DNA of 64,000 nucleotides, from positions 71,858,001 to 71,922,000 of the forward strand of contig CM060733.1 of assembly GCA_030704615.1 (NCBI GenBank), in the 5' to 3' direction. The position numbers and the translations under genes are program-made. Below the pieces are notes generated by a model, which made no database searches, was not told where the DNA came from, and was given only the letters and a program-made list of their open reading frames with translations. Positions 22,440 through 34,700 of this stretch are shown here, piece by piece. This DNA comes from Takakia lepidozioides. Taxonomy: Eukaryota > Plantae > Bryophyta. Position 1 is the stretch's first letter. Each line of letters starts with the position of its first letter.

Positions 22440-23070
22440 CACCCACCCCTGCGACACCATTGCGACGTTGCCAACACGGCCAGCGACGCCTCTACGATTG
22501 TAAGGCATCGCAGGCACACCACCCCACTCTTGGCGTTTGCGACACCCCCAGGGGTCTGCAACTACCTTGCAACCCCGGGCGTCGCACACGCACCACCCCA
22601 CCCCCTGGCGCTTGCGACGCCCGCCAAGGGCCTGTGACTCCCTCGCAACCCCCGGGCGTCGCAGGCACACCACCCCACCCTTGGCGCTTGCGACTCCCTA
22701 GCGACCCCCGGGCGTCGCAAACCCCCCAACCCCCCATGCTGTGACCCCTGTTCGACGCTGAGGAGTTGCCGGGGGATGGCCTTCCTGGCCCAGATAGGCA
22801 ACGCTAGTAGAGTCGCCATCGTGTCGTTATGCTTAGGCAAGGGCGACATCGTTGCGACGTCCGCTGGTCGAAGCGGGGGGAATGGACCACCCCCACTTGG
22901 CCGCTCCAGCGACCCTCGAACGTTTCAATTTTGCGACGCTTTTTTGGGGTGCCGTCTTTTAGGCGTTGCAGTTCGCGGCCAAGGGGTCCTTGGGGGGTTG
23001 CGACCCCCCAAAGACGTTAATTAGCATCATTCCGGGAGCGACGTCGTTGCAACTTCTAAACGTCGCACCC
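22440..23070. repeat. Cluster of short direct and inverted GCGAC(A/G)CCCC / GGGCGTCGCA motifs (transposon subterminal-like)
   Basis: Repeated TTGCGAC...CCCCGGGCGTCGCA...CACCACCCCAC units. Confidence 0.6.
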
Positions 23071-23269
23071 TAGTTATCATTCCTTACGTGACGTGGCCCG
23101 GACAAGTCGGACATAGGTCACATCACATCACGTCGAATCCGGACGTTTACCCATGTATTTTTATTTTTATTTGACTTTTATGATTTACTTCTACCCTTTG
23201 TAATGACATGGCAGCCACAGTGTAAAACAGATGTGGCCAATTATTAAAATTTATTAATTCATTTAAAAA

Positions 23270-23785
23270 AATACGTCCGCCCATATTAGCGGTCAGTTAA
23301 AAGTTATTATTTTTAAAATCAAGCGACCACCCATATTGGCGGTCACTTGTAATTTAATATTTTGTTAAATTAAGCGACCGCCTATATTGGCGGTTGTCGG
23401 CAATTTATGAAGTTTTAAATGAAGCGACCGCCCATATTGGCGGTCGCCTGCAATTTATTATATTTTAAATTAAACGATGGCATATATTGGCGGTCGCTCG
23501 AAAATTATTATTTTAAAAAATTAAGCAACCGCCCAGATTGGCAGTCGCTTCATTTAGATCTCTTAAAAAAAAGAGCCACTGCCGCTAAATGGCTGCCGCT
23601 AAATTTTAAAAAATAAAACGAGTGACCGCCGTTTGGAGGTCGCTTCTTTAAGTGGCTTTTTTTTTAAAAAGATCTAAATGAAGCGACTGCAAGTACGGCA
23701 GTCCCTCTTTTCTTTTTTATAAATATGAAGCAACCAATATGGCGGTCGCTCTTTTTCATTTGTTAAAATAATGAAGCGACCACAA
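23270..23785. repeat. AT-rich array of hairpins AAGCGACCGCC-CATATT-GGCGGTCGC (transposon subterminal-like)
   Basis: About 8-10 degenerate copies spaced ~50 bp apart. Confidence 0.7.
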
Positions 23786-23790
23786 GCAAG

Positions 23791-26074
23791 TTACAAATAT
23801 GGCCAAGAATAATATTCAACAGGACGCGAATTCGTGCAACTCACCTCCCGCAGATAGTCGCCGAACTGGAGGAAACGATAATGCCACCATGCTAGCCAAC
23901 TGACCATTGCTCCCTCGTCTGATTTCCTTACAGCACCTGACGATGTCCACCAAGCCCGTATACATGCAAACTGTGTCTCTGCATCATCCAAGGTGGGAGC
24001 GCGCTTCCACGCAAGGCACATGGAACGGTGCTCCTCTCTGAAATCTGGCGCCACGAGCCTGGTTGTGTACTGCGAAAGGCTCTGCAGAAAATGGAACCCA
24101 CAAGATCTCTCCTTGCCTTCCATGGGAACATTGGGGTCTTGCCCGTACACCCTTCGGATGGCAGCCCAATTTGCTTGTGCGTTGTCCGCCATGAACCACG
24201 GAAATTCAGAGGGGGCAATCCCGCCTTGGCCATCTGTTCGTTTATTCCCTGCCAAAGAAGGCATCTCCGATTGTGTGTCCTCTCCTTTCATCTCACAAAT
24301 AACAATTGTCATTAGCATCCTGCAGTGGGTGTCGTAGACATGTGCACCCATTGTCACCCACTGGTGATTTGTATTCGCTTGATATGGTCGAACATGACCC
24401 AACTGTTTGACAAGTCCCCACTCGTCATCCTGTCGACCAGTTTGACGCCGCTGTCAGGTCCACACGTAGACATTTTGATACGAAACGATCTGCCTCAGTC
24501 CTTGTCCTGGAAACCTACTTCCATGAATGTAGTCATATCCACATCGTCGCTTCACCTCCAGAATGGAGTGCATATCCGAGCCACGCCCAATTTTCTGTTT
24601 GCATGAGACAATGTGGTTTCGGACATTCGATGAACATACGTGGGACACCGACTCCAGCAATGCCTCCATTTCCTTCTCATCGAGAGGAACTCTATCGGAG
24701 CCGTCTTCCGACATAATTATGGCCAATGCCATCTTATGGGCGCTTGGAGCTGTATCTGTTTGGGTTTGGCAACCCGGTCTCAACTTAACCTCCTCCTGAA
24801 CGAGCTGCTCTGCCTCGTGGGCAGCCTCCCGCGAGTTCCCCCTCGCCAATTTGTGACAATGGGAACCAACGTGTATGCAAGCTCGGGTGAGGTCAGGGAA
24901 ACGGTGCAACACATAGAACTGCTTGGCATTACAAACAGATAGGCAGTGTGGTGGTTCTTTGCAATGCGCACACTTAAATGTGGAGTTCGGAACCTTCTCC
25001 TGAGCTCGAAATGGTTGAGAGCTGTGCCTGTCCAATCGGTCTCGTTCCTGTGACCTCTGGATTTAAAGTGGAAGCAAGTTGGGGAGAAACACCGCAACGC
25101 GCCCGCACAAACAACGTAGCGCACCCGCACACACATCGAGCATCTTCATGCTGGTGGTTTTGGTAACGCACCAAGGATGACCGTCATGTTTTCTATCCAT
25201 ATCTGTCACATTCCGGACGCCCTCGAGTAGTCCGGACGCCCTCGAGTAGTCCGCCCGAGGAGGGAACTCAAAGAGATATTACCGTCGACGTCGGCGGGAA
25301 GGCATGTAACCGATTTAATTGCAAACTTGTTGTAGTCCAGCCCGGCCAGCTCCGACCGGTGTCCCTCCAGGTGAAGCCCTCGCAGAATTTCAAGAATAGA
25401 TCGAACTGCGGTGCTCGTGCTGGGAATATGACTCCCTCCTCACTGACGTCCATTGAGGACTTGCCTGATCTCTAGGACGACCTCGGAACTTCCATGACCT
25501 CGTCTGAGTCGGACAGGTTGTGAACAACCCGGTTCTCGCTCATCTTCATGGATGGGTTCGGCTCTGGATTTACTTCGTTGCGGACTTCTCTCTTTGAGGT
25601 AGCCACTCTCTGATTCGCGGATTGTTTCATGGAAGGCGCCAGGATAGATAGAAGGTGCATTTGCGGGCAAATGAAGTCCCCAACAGCCCTGTATATGACG
25701 TTGTCTGATGGTGGAACTCGCCATTCCCTGCCATCGCCGAAATCATCGTGGAGCACAACAATACTCTCGACAACAAGGCTGTTTGAGTCCTTCCTTTCCT
25801 CCTCCAAAAAAACCGACCCCGGTTTCAGGTGGTATCGAACGCACAGCACAGATATTTACCCGGCATATGTCCCCTCTACACGGAAATGAAGCTCTATGCT
25901 CGTGAGGAGAGCAGTACACTGTAGCGCTCGGGTTTTCCGCCATGGGAGATGTGCACACAAGACTGCCAGGATGGCGTGCGGGGAAGCTCCCTGGTAGAAG
26001 GGGGGCAGCGATGGGAAGGAATGCGGTGCCGATTTGTCCGAGCGACGAAGCCTGATCCAAATCCAGGGAGCCAA
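23791..26074 (-). pseudogene. Mutator-like (MULE) transposase with N-terminal GCM/WRKY-like C2H2 region; frameshifted and 3'-truncated
   Basis: CAHCKEPPHCLSVC...RACIHVGSHCH; ICEMKGED; FMADNAQAN; ERSCGFH (CxxH); WLAWWHYR. Homologous in protein to 47635-50861. Confidence 0.75.
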
Positions 26075-26239
26075 CTATCTCAAAAATCCACAGTCAGAGT
26101 GTTAATGAACCTTGTCTCCGGAATGCGGCCCCTGGTCTTTGCGCAATAACTGCCAACGGTATGCAGTCAGAAAGTGGGGGGCCGTCCGGATGATGACGGC
26201 TGAAGGGGAGAAGCCGGCCACCGTGCCGTCACATTACTA

Positions 26240-27800
26240 CCCCGAATGGAAATTCGGCACCCAATATCCAACAGGGCCGCACGGATGAAGTCGTCTGGGG
26301 CAGAGATGCCGGCACCTGTCCGACAGAGAACATCCCCCGGACGGAAATTCAGCGCCCAATTTCCATTCGGATCCCCCCAAAGGAAGTCCTGTCGGGGGGT
26401 CAGGCCGAAAACTAGCCGACATAAAAACCTACGCGGATGGAAAAAACGGCGCCGAATTTCCATCCGAGGCCTTTCGGATGCAGTCGGCTCGGGGGAAAGG
26501 CCGTCATCTGGCCCTCACATTACAACCCCCGGACGGAAATTCGGCACCGAATATACAACAGGGGAAGCCGGATGAAGTCGCCTGGGGCGCAGAGGCCGGC
26601 GCGTGTGCGACAGAGAATATCCCCTGGATGGAGATTCGGTGCCGAATTTCCATCCGGGCCCCCCCAAAGGAAGTTGTGTCGGGGGGTTAGGCCGAAAACT
26701 GGCCGGCATAAAAACATCCCAGATGGAAAAACGGCGCCGAATTTCCATCCGGGCGGTTCGGATGCAGTCGGGGAGGGGGAGAGGCCGCACCTGGCCGTCA
26801 CATTTCAACCCCCGGACGGAAATTCGGCACCGAATATCCAACAGGGGACGCCCGGATGAAGTCGCCTCCGGCGTAGAGGCCGGCACGTGTTCGACAGAGA
26901 GCATCCCCTGGATGGAGATTCGACGCCGAATTTCCATCCGGGCCCCCCAAAGGAAGTCGTGTCGGGGGGTCAGGCCGAAAAACTGGCCGGCATAAAAACA
27001 TCCCCAGATGGAAAAACGGCGCCGAATTTCCATCCGGGGCGGTTCGGATGCAGTCGGGGAGGGGGGAGAGGCCGGCACCTGGCCGTCACATTTCAACCCC
27101 GGACGGAAATTCGGCACCGAATATCCAACAGGGGACGCGCCCGAATGAAGTCGCCTCCGGCGTAGAGGCCGGCACGTGTTCGACAGAGAGCATCCCCTGG
27201 ATGGAGATTCGGCGCCGAATTTCCATCCGGGCCCCCCCCAAAGGAAGTCGTGTCGGGGGGTCAGACCGAAAACTGGCCGACTTAAAAACCTCCCCAAATG
27301 GAAAAACGGTGCCGAATTTCAATCCTGGGCCGTTCCAATGCAGTCGGGGAGGGGGGAGAGGCCGGCACCTGGCCGTCATATTTCAACCCCCGGACGGAAA
27401 TTCGGCACCGAATATCCAACAGAGCGGCAGAGAGGCCGGCACCTCTCCGACAGAGACCATCCCCCGGATGAAAATTCGGTGCCGAATTTCCATCGGGGCC
27501 CCCTCAAAGGAAGTCGTAAAAACCTCCCCAGATGGAAAAACGGCGCCGAATTTCCATCCGAGGCCGTTCCAATGCAGTCGGGGAGGGGGGAGAGGCTAGC
27601 ACCTGGCCGTCATATTTCAACCCCCGGACGGAAATTCGGCACCGAATATCCAACAGAGCGGCGGAGAGGCCGGCACCTCTCCGACAGAGACCATCCCCCG
27701 GATGGAAATTCGGCGCCGAATTTCCATCGGGGCCCCCTCAAAGGAAGTCGCAGAAACCTCCCAGAATGGAAAAACGGCGCCTAATTTCCGTCCGAGGCTG
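26240..27800. repeat. ~285-290-bp tandem array (about 6 units), each with several GGAAATTCGGC(A/G)CCGAAT palindromic motifs
   Basis: GGAAATTCGGCACC(G/C)AATAT recurs near 26245, 26531, 26814, 27101, 27392 and 27626. Confidence 0.9.
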
Positions 27801-27989
27801 TTCCGATTTGCCTCTAGCAGTCACGGATTCCAAGAAAAACGTGTCTATAAGTGCACTTCAGCCACAAAACAAACAGTTAGGTTTGTTTTTCTCCGAAAAA
27901 TCAATCCCACACGCTCAGAATTACCTGTAGGAAGGTAATTCAGCGATCAGAATTACCTGCAGGAAGGTAATTCAGCGCTTCGAAATACC

Positions 27990-28985
27990 TGGCGAATGGA
28001 AATTCGGCGCCGAATATCCAAACGCCAGCGATCCGACTTACCTGCTGGATGGAAATTCGGCGCCGGATTTCCATCCATCCGGGAGTCGAATTACCTGCAG
28101 GATGGAAATTCGGCGCCGGATTTCCATCCATCCGGGATTCCACTTACCTGCTGGATGGAAATTCGGCGCCGGATTTCCATCCATCCGGGAGTCGAATTAC
28201 CTGCAGGATGGAAATTCGGCGCCGGATTTCCATCCATCCGGGATTCGAATTACCTGCAGGATGGAAATTCGGCGCCGGATTTCCATCCATCCGGGAGACG
28301 AATTACCTGCAGGATGGAAAATCGGCGCCGGATTTCCATCCATCCGGGAGTCGAATTACCTGCAGGATGGAAATTCGGCGCCGGATTTCCATCCATCCGG
28401 GAGACGAATTACCTGCAGGATGGAAAATCGGCGCCGGATTTCCATCCATCCGAGATTCCACTTACCTGCTGGATGGAAATTAGGCGCCGGATTTCCATCC
28501 ATCCGAGATTCCACTTACCTGCTGGATGGAAATTCGGCGCCGGATTTCCATCCATCCAGGATTCGAATTACCTGCAGGATGGAAATTCGGCACCGGATCT
28601 CCATCCATCCGCTCTCCGCCCAACCTTGCGGATGGAAATTCGGCACCGGATCTCCATCCATCCGCTCTCCGCCCAACCTTGCGGATGGAAATCCGGCCCC
28701 GGATTTCCATCCATCCGCCTCCGAATTACCTGCTAGAGGGAAATTTGGCGCGCCGCCCTACCTGCGCAGATGGAAATCCGGCGCCGGATTTCCATCCATC
28801 CGCTTCTGAATTACCTGCGTGAGGGAAATTTGGCGCGCCGCCCTACCTGCGCGGATGGAAATCCGGCGCCGGATTTCCATCCATCCGCTTCTGAATTACT
28901 TGCGTGAGGGAAATTTCGCGCGCCGCCCTACCTTGCTGGATGGAAATTCGGCGCTGAATTTCCATCCTGCTGCGCTCCGAATTAC
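27990..28985. repeat. 53-bp hairpin tandem array (roughly 15-18 units)
   Basis: Unit TTACCTGCAGGATGGAAATTCGGCGCCGGATTTCCATCCATCCGGGAGTCGAA; the ORF starts at 27996, 28049 and 28102 are 53 bp apart. Confidence 0.95.
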
Positions 28986-29739
28986 CTCTACGTTGGAAAT
29001 CCCGGGCCTCTTTCCGTCGATTTTCATCCGACATGGAGGGCTTCATCCGACATTTAATTGCGCAGTTGGGCAATAAATGTCCACCGCCGTCGGTTTTCAT
29101 TCGGGCTGGCGACACATGGCTTCCTGGATACGTACCCTAAATCTCATGCTAATCTTGGCTTAACATGCTATTCGAGGCATGTACCCCAAAAACGGAGATC
29201 TTTTTCCATTTTGGCTGGGACTTATGCCGCCTGAAGGGCGTGGCTCTCCTGAGAGAGACCTCACATCCAGACCGTGGCGGAAGTTGAAAGCTCTGTACTA
29301 CGGACGACGGCCAATCTCTCGCATGGCCAAACTGAAGCTCCAGCAGGAGATTCCAGTGTCTTGCTCACAACCCGCGCCAACTGAAGCCGAGTACTCTCAG
29401 GCAAGCCACTTCTGCTTTCGCTTTGTTCGATTTCTTTTTTGCTTTCGCTTTGTTGCCTCGCTTTGTTTTTGCATCTTCATCCTGGCTTCGCTGGATGAGT
29501 GAACTTTAGATAGTTGAGTGAACCTTAGATTGTTTGCAATGCGTGTGCAAATCCGGCAGCTCTGGAGAAGGCTGCTTGTGCATGTCATTATCAGGCAATG
29601 GTTGCATTTGTTTTCATTGTTGTTTCATGGCTCTCCATACTTCCTAAACTTGTTATGTTTTCATTTTTGTTACACGATTGTTGCTATGGTGGTTGCGCTG
29701 CTCGTTGCGATGCTGGTTTTTGCACCGATGTTGGTTTTC

Positions 29740-31290
29740 ACGATTTTTGGGAATGACAGAGTGACGACGAGCCCGACACGCTGGTGGTATCATCGACAGC
29801 TTCAAGTCATCGCATGTTTGAATCGCCCAACTTGGGGCGAGAGGGCAAACTTAAACCTTTTGTTGGTGGATGGGAGGACTTGCAACGAGAGTACGACAGA
29901 ATAGGCATTGGGGAGGTTGGTGTAGGCGGCATGGCAGGTGAAGGGCGTGAGGACATGAGGACAGCAGATCCGGCAATGGAGGTTGTTCATGCACATGCAG
30001 TAAGGCCCGCCCACGCAAAGAAAAAGAAGAAAGCTAAGCACATGCAATCCCCGGCGAGAGAGCCGTCACGGGCTGCCGAGGGGGGAGTGAGCAGTGCGCG
30101 CGAGGGTGTCAGTTCGCCTCAATCAAAGGTGGTCGTCCTGGAGGGCTCCCCTGCTGCTAGCCCTAGTAAGAAACAGAAAGCCCGTGAGAGGGCAAAAGAG
30201 AGGGCAAAAGAATAGACGAGACAAAATGCTAGCCAGGAGGAAAGAGAAAAGGCCACTGAAGAGGCCAGGGGTGCCCAAATGACAGATGCCAATGTAAGCG
30301 AGGGACGCACAGAGACGGTGGATCCCTCCAAGACACCACAGAGAGGCAGTAACACACCGGTTAGACCATCGCGGGCAAGAGCAGCCCCTGCAATTACCCA
30401 TACGGTGGAGAGTGGAGGAGAGGAAAGAACACCAGAAAGAGCACGGATTGTGCAAGTTCGAGGTGAAGCCAGGGAGAGGGCAGTAGAGACGGGGAGAGTG
30501 CTGGAGGTGGTTTTGCAGGTGGCTGACCCTGTTGAGGAGGACGACAGGGAGCTTTCTGACCGGAAAACCCCTCTGCAGCAGACGTCATGTCTGAGGCGGA
30601 TATGAAGTTGGTCGCTGCCAAGATGTTGGAGGCAACCCACAGCAACATTGGCAGGGTGCTGGGGGGCATGGTGTACCCGGCCAAGCTTCGAATTCCCCTT
30701 TGCCGCTTGGTGTCATTGCAGGTGGTGAGACCTGCCCTCCCAGGCGATATCGACAAGCTGAAATTCTCTTTCCGGGATGGATATCGAATGGGGTCTGCCG
30801 CGTTTTACGTTTCCATTGAGAACGACCACGGAGCTTCCCGTGCCCACACTTCCGATGAGGTGGACAAATGGGGTCCCCATTGGCAAACGCGAAATGAGGA
30901 GTTCGAGAGATCGATTGCTAGTGATCCTCTTTTCCAGCACTTGTCCGGTAAGATGTTCTACGTGTGGGATGGCAATCATCGCCTCCTGGCATGAATGGAG
31001 CACATTGCCCAAGCCCACCCCAACGACCTCGATTGGCATTTCGACGTGGATTGTGTTGTGTTGAAGGTTGCGGGGCCCAAAGATCGCAGTCTTCTCAAAG
31101 CTGCAGTGGCCGACATCAACTCGTAAGCTACAACGCCTCTCGCTTTTGGACTTTGAATTTGGAAGTCATTTCATTGCGAATCCTCATATATGATGAAAAT
31201 TCCCATTTCAGTATTGTTTGATGGAAATGTGGCACTGCAGGGTGACTGAGAATGCCTTCATTGCCACCAACTTGTCCCATATGCTCTGCA
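29740..31290 (+). pseudogene. Tandem partial duplicate of the 5' part of the ParB-MTase gene
   Basis: Near-identical to ~31545-33295. Retains FYVWDGNHR but has stops at 30213-30215 and 30992-30994 and internal deletions. Confidence 0.85.
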
Positions 31291-31718
31291 GCATATTTCT
31301 CTATTCGTTCAGTTCTGTCTTGTTTAGCTTTTTCCTTAATTTCCTCATTCATTCCTACATCATATGCATAATTCCTTTTTGGCACCCTTTAAACAGTCTT
31401 GGTATGTCAGTAAAGAAATTTTATAGTGGTCTCTACCCTTTCTTCAAGATTTACCCTATCTTGCCAGAATCCGTATTACGACTTAATTTTCCTTTTTACT
31501 GATTGATCACCAAACTTTTAATGGGCACAATAATACCATCTGTCGATGGTGGTTTTCATTGCGATGGTGGTTCTCACGATTGTTGGGGATGACAGAGTGA
31601 CGACGAGCGCGACACGCTGGTGGTATCATCGACAGCTCCAACTGCTCGAGCAGTCACTCCAAAAGCCGCTACTCATCAATCGCAATCGGAGAGTCGTTGG
31701 CAGTAGACGTCAGAGCTG

Positions 31719-34700
31719 GTGCTTCGCATGTTTGGATCGCCCAACTTGGGGCGGGAGGGCAAACTAAATCTTTCTCCTTTTGTTGGTGGATGGGAGGACC
31801 TGCAGCGAGAGTACGACAGAATAGGCATTCAGGAGGTTGGTGCAAGCGGCATGGCAGGTGAAGGGCGTCGGATGAGGATAGCAGATCCGGCAATGGAGGA
31901 AACTGATGCACATGCAGTAGGGCCCGCCCACGCAAAAAAGAAGAAGAAAGCCAAGCACATGCAATCCCCGGCGAGAGAGCCGTCACAGGCTGCGGAGGGG
32001 GGAGTGAGCAGGGCGCGCGAGGGTGTCAGTTCGCCTCAATCAAAGGTGGTCGTCTTGGAGGCCTCCCCTGCTGCTACCCCTAGTAAGAAACAGAAGGCCC
32101 GTGAGAGGGCAAAAGAGAGGGCAAAGGAACAGGCTAGACAGAAGGCTAGCGAGGAGGCAAGAGAAAAGGCCACTGAAGAGGCCAGGGGTGTCAAAATGAC
32201 AAATGCCCATGTAAACGAGGGACGCACAGAGACGGTGGATCCCTCCAAGACACCAGAAATGGGCAGTAACACACCGGCTGCATCCTTACCGATTACACCA
32301 TCGCGGGTGGGAGCAGCCCCCGCAATTACACATACGGTGGAGAGTGGAGGAGGGGAAAGAACACAAAGAGCACGGATTGTGGGAGTTCGAGGTGAAGCCA
32401 GGGAGAGGGCAGTAGAGACGGGGAGAGTGCTCGAGGTGCTTCCGCCGGTGGTTGACCATGTTGAGGACGACGAGAGGGAGCTTTCTGACCAGGATGACAT
32501 CCTCCCGGACATCCCCAGACCCCAAACCCGGAGCATACAGGCTGGATTTGGCGGTCCTGGTGGGCTGCCGGAGAACCCCCCTGCAACAGACGTCATGTCG
32601 GAGGCGGATATGAAGTTGGCCGCTGCGAAGATGTTGGAGGCAACCCACAGTAACATTGGCAGGGTCCTGGGGGGCATGGTGTACTCGGCCAAGCTTCGGA
32701 TTCCCCTTTGCCGCTTGGTATCATTGCAGGTGGTGAGACCTGCCCTCCCAGGCGATATCAACAAGCTGAAATTCTCTTTCCGGGAGGGATATCGAATGGG
32801 GTCTGCTGTGTTTTACGTTTCCATTGAGAACGACCACGGAGCTTCTCGTGCCCACACTTCCGATGAGGTGGACAAATGGGATCCCCATTGGCAAAGGCGA
32901 AATGAGGAGTTCGAGAGATTGATTGCTACTGATCCTCTTTTCCAGCACTTGTCCGGAAAGATATTTTACGTGTGGGATGGCAATCATTGCCTCCTGGCAT
33001 GGATGGAGTACATAGCCCAAGCCCACCCCAACGACCTGGATTGGCATTTCACCATGGAGTGTGTTGTGCTGAAGGTTGCGGGGCCCAAAGATCGCAGTCT
33101 TCTCAAAGTTGCAATGGCAGACATCAACTCGTAAGTTACAATGTCTGTTGCTTTGGAACTTTGAATTTGAAACAGTCATTTCATTGCCAATCGTCATATT
33201 TGTTGCAAATTCTCATTTCAGTATTGTTTAATGGACATGTGGCATTGCAGGGTGACTGAGAATGCCTTCATTGCCACCAACTTGTCCCATATGCTCTTCC
33301 GAGTGAAGGATGTCGGGAAGCAGGGGGTGCAAGAGTTTGCCAATTCGCTCAGTGCCAACCTCCTTCGCAAGTCGAATGCAAAGGCAGACAAAACCTGGTA
33401 TAGGCTGAGCATGGATGCCATGGTGGACTATATATTTCGGGTAAAGCTCCTGACTATTTTGTTCAGCTAATCTTACTCTCTTCCCCCAATAGAAGAAAAA
33501 GTTTTGACTAGGATTTCTAATCTTATGTGCACATTCTTGACATACGAAAATTCAGCAGGATTTGGCACATGCGCGGAGGTTCTACATGGAGTTAGAGGAG
33601 AAGAAACTAACCCTCCCAGCACTGGAATCGTATCTCAAAGCTGCGGAGGTGAAGGCCCGCATCAAGTACAAGTCGCGGATGGTAAAGTACGTGGCCATAG
33701 CTGATCTTGCCCTTGGTGCCGACTTTCTGGTGGAAGTGGGGAAGCACTACTCCCGCGCTCTGAAGCCCATGATGACATTGGAGAAGCTGCATCGTCTAGT
33801 CACATCCTGTGTGGATGCAACAGAAAAGGTTATACATTCTTAACCAAATTATTGTGGCAACAATTCGTTTTTGTGGTGTTTGGCGCTTACTAATATGCTG
33901 GGTGGTTGGACAGACCCGGTGGCTCCAAATCTGGAATGGTCCCAAAGTACAAGGGACATGTGGAGCTTTCCCAAACCCAACAAACTGTCTGACCCCACAT
34001 TCGACATGTGGATGAACCGCATGACATGGTGGTTTCAGGTACTTTCCCACGCTTCATTTGCACGCTTGTACCGGGTGGATTTACTGTATTTTTTGAGGAA
34101 AGCGGTCTGATGGAGAATTTCCACAGGTGACGACGAATGCGCAAGAGCAGCTTGACACACAAGCACATCAGTTCAAGCTGGAGATTTCTGGTGAAGCAGA
34201 AAGCCTACGCGACTATGTGACGAGGTACTTTATGCTCTACAAAACCGACCTATTCTTTCGAGAGATACCCCATGCCCGGCGGAGCCACGAGCTCACCGAC
34301 CAGCCGAACGCGGACAAAGTGGCAATGCGCCTTCTGTACAGGTACATATGCGATGCCTTTCTTTTTAGTCCCTACATTTCCAAGATGTAAGAGGCCTTAT
34401 GTGGCGCATGAAAATTATTTGTGAAGAAGTCCTTGGAAAAATGGCTTCCTTGGAATTTCCTGATTCGGGCCGTGGGGGATGGCTGGAAATTTGGCGCCAT
34501 TTTTCCAGTTCCGGGCCCATTCAGTTCTGGGACTTGGCCATTTTCAGCCCCAACCTGGGAAAATGGCGCCGAATTTCCAGTTCAGGGCCCCGAAAATGGC
34601 TAAGGCCCTGGGGTGGCTGGCACCGAGACTGGAAATTCGGCGCCATTTTTCCAGTTCTGGGCCCAGTCAGTTCTGGGACTTAAGACATTTTCAGCCCCAA

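Noticed and set aside
27990-28985. CRISPR-like array of palindromic repeats
   Set aside because: The variable segments are only ~10 nt and recur, there are no unique spacers or cas genes, and the context is eukaryotic; it is a 53-bp minisatellite.
26167-29115. Many 60-260 aa ORFs with MEIRRRISI / WKFGAGFPS repeats (also at 6009-7877 and 34399-34831)
   Set aside because: They are translations of stop-poor tandem repeats that are open in several frames on both strands.
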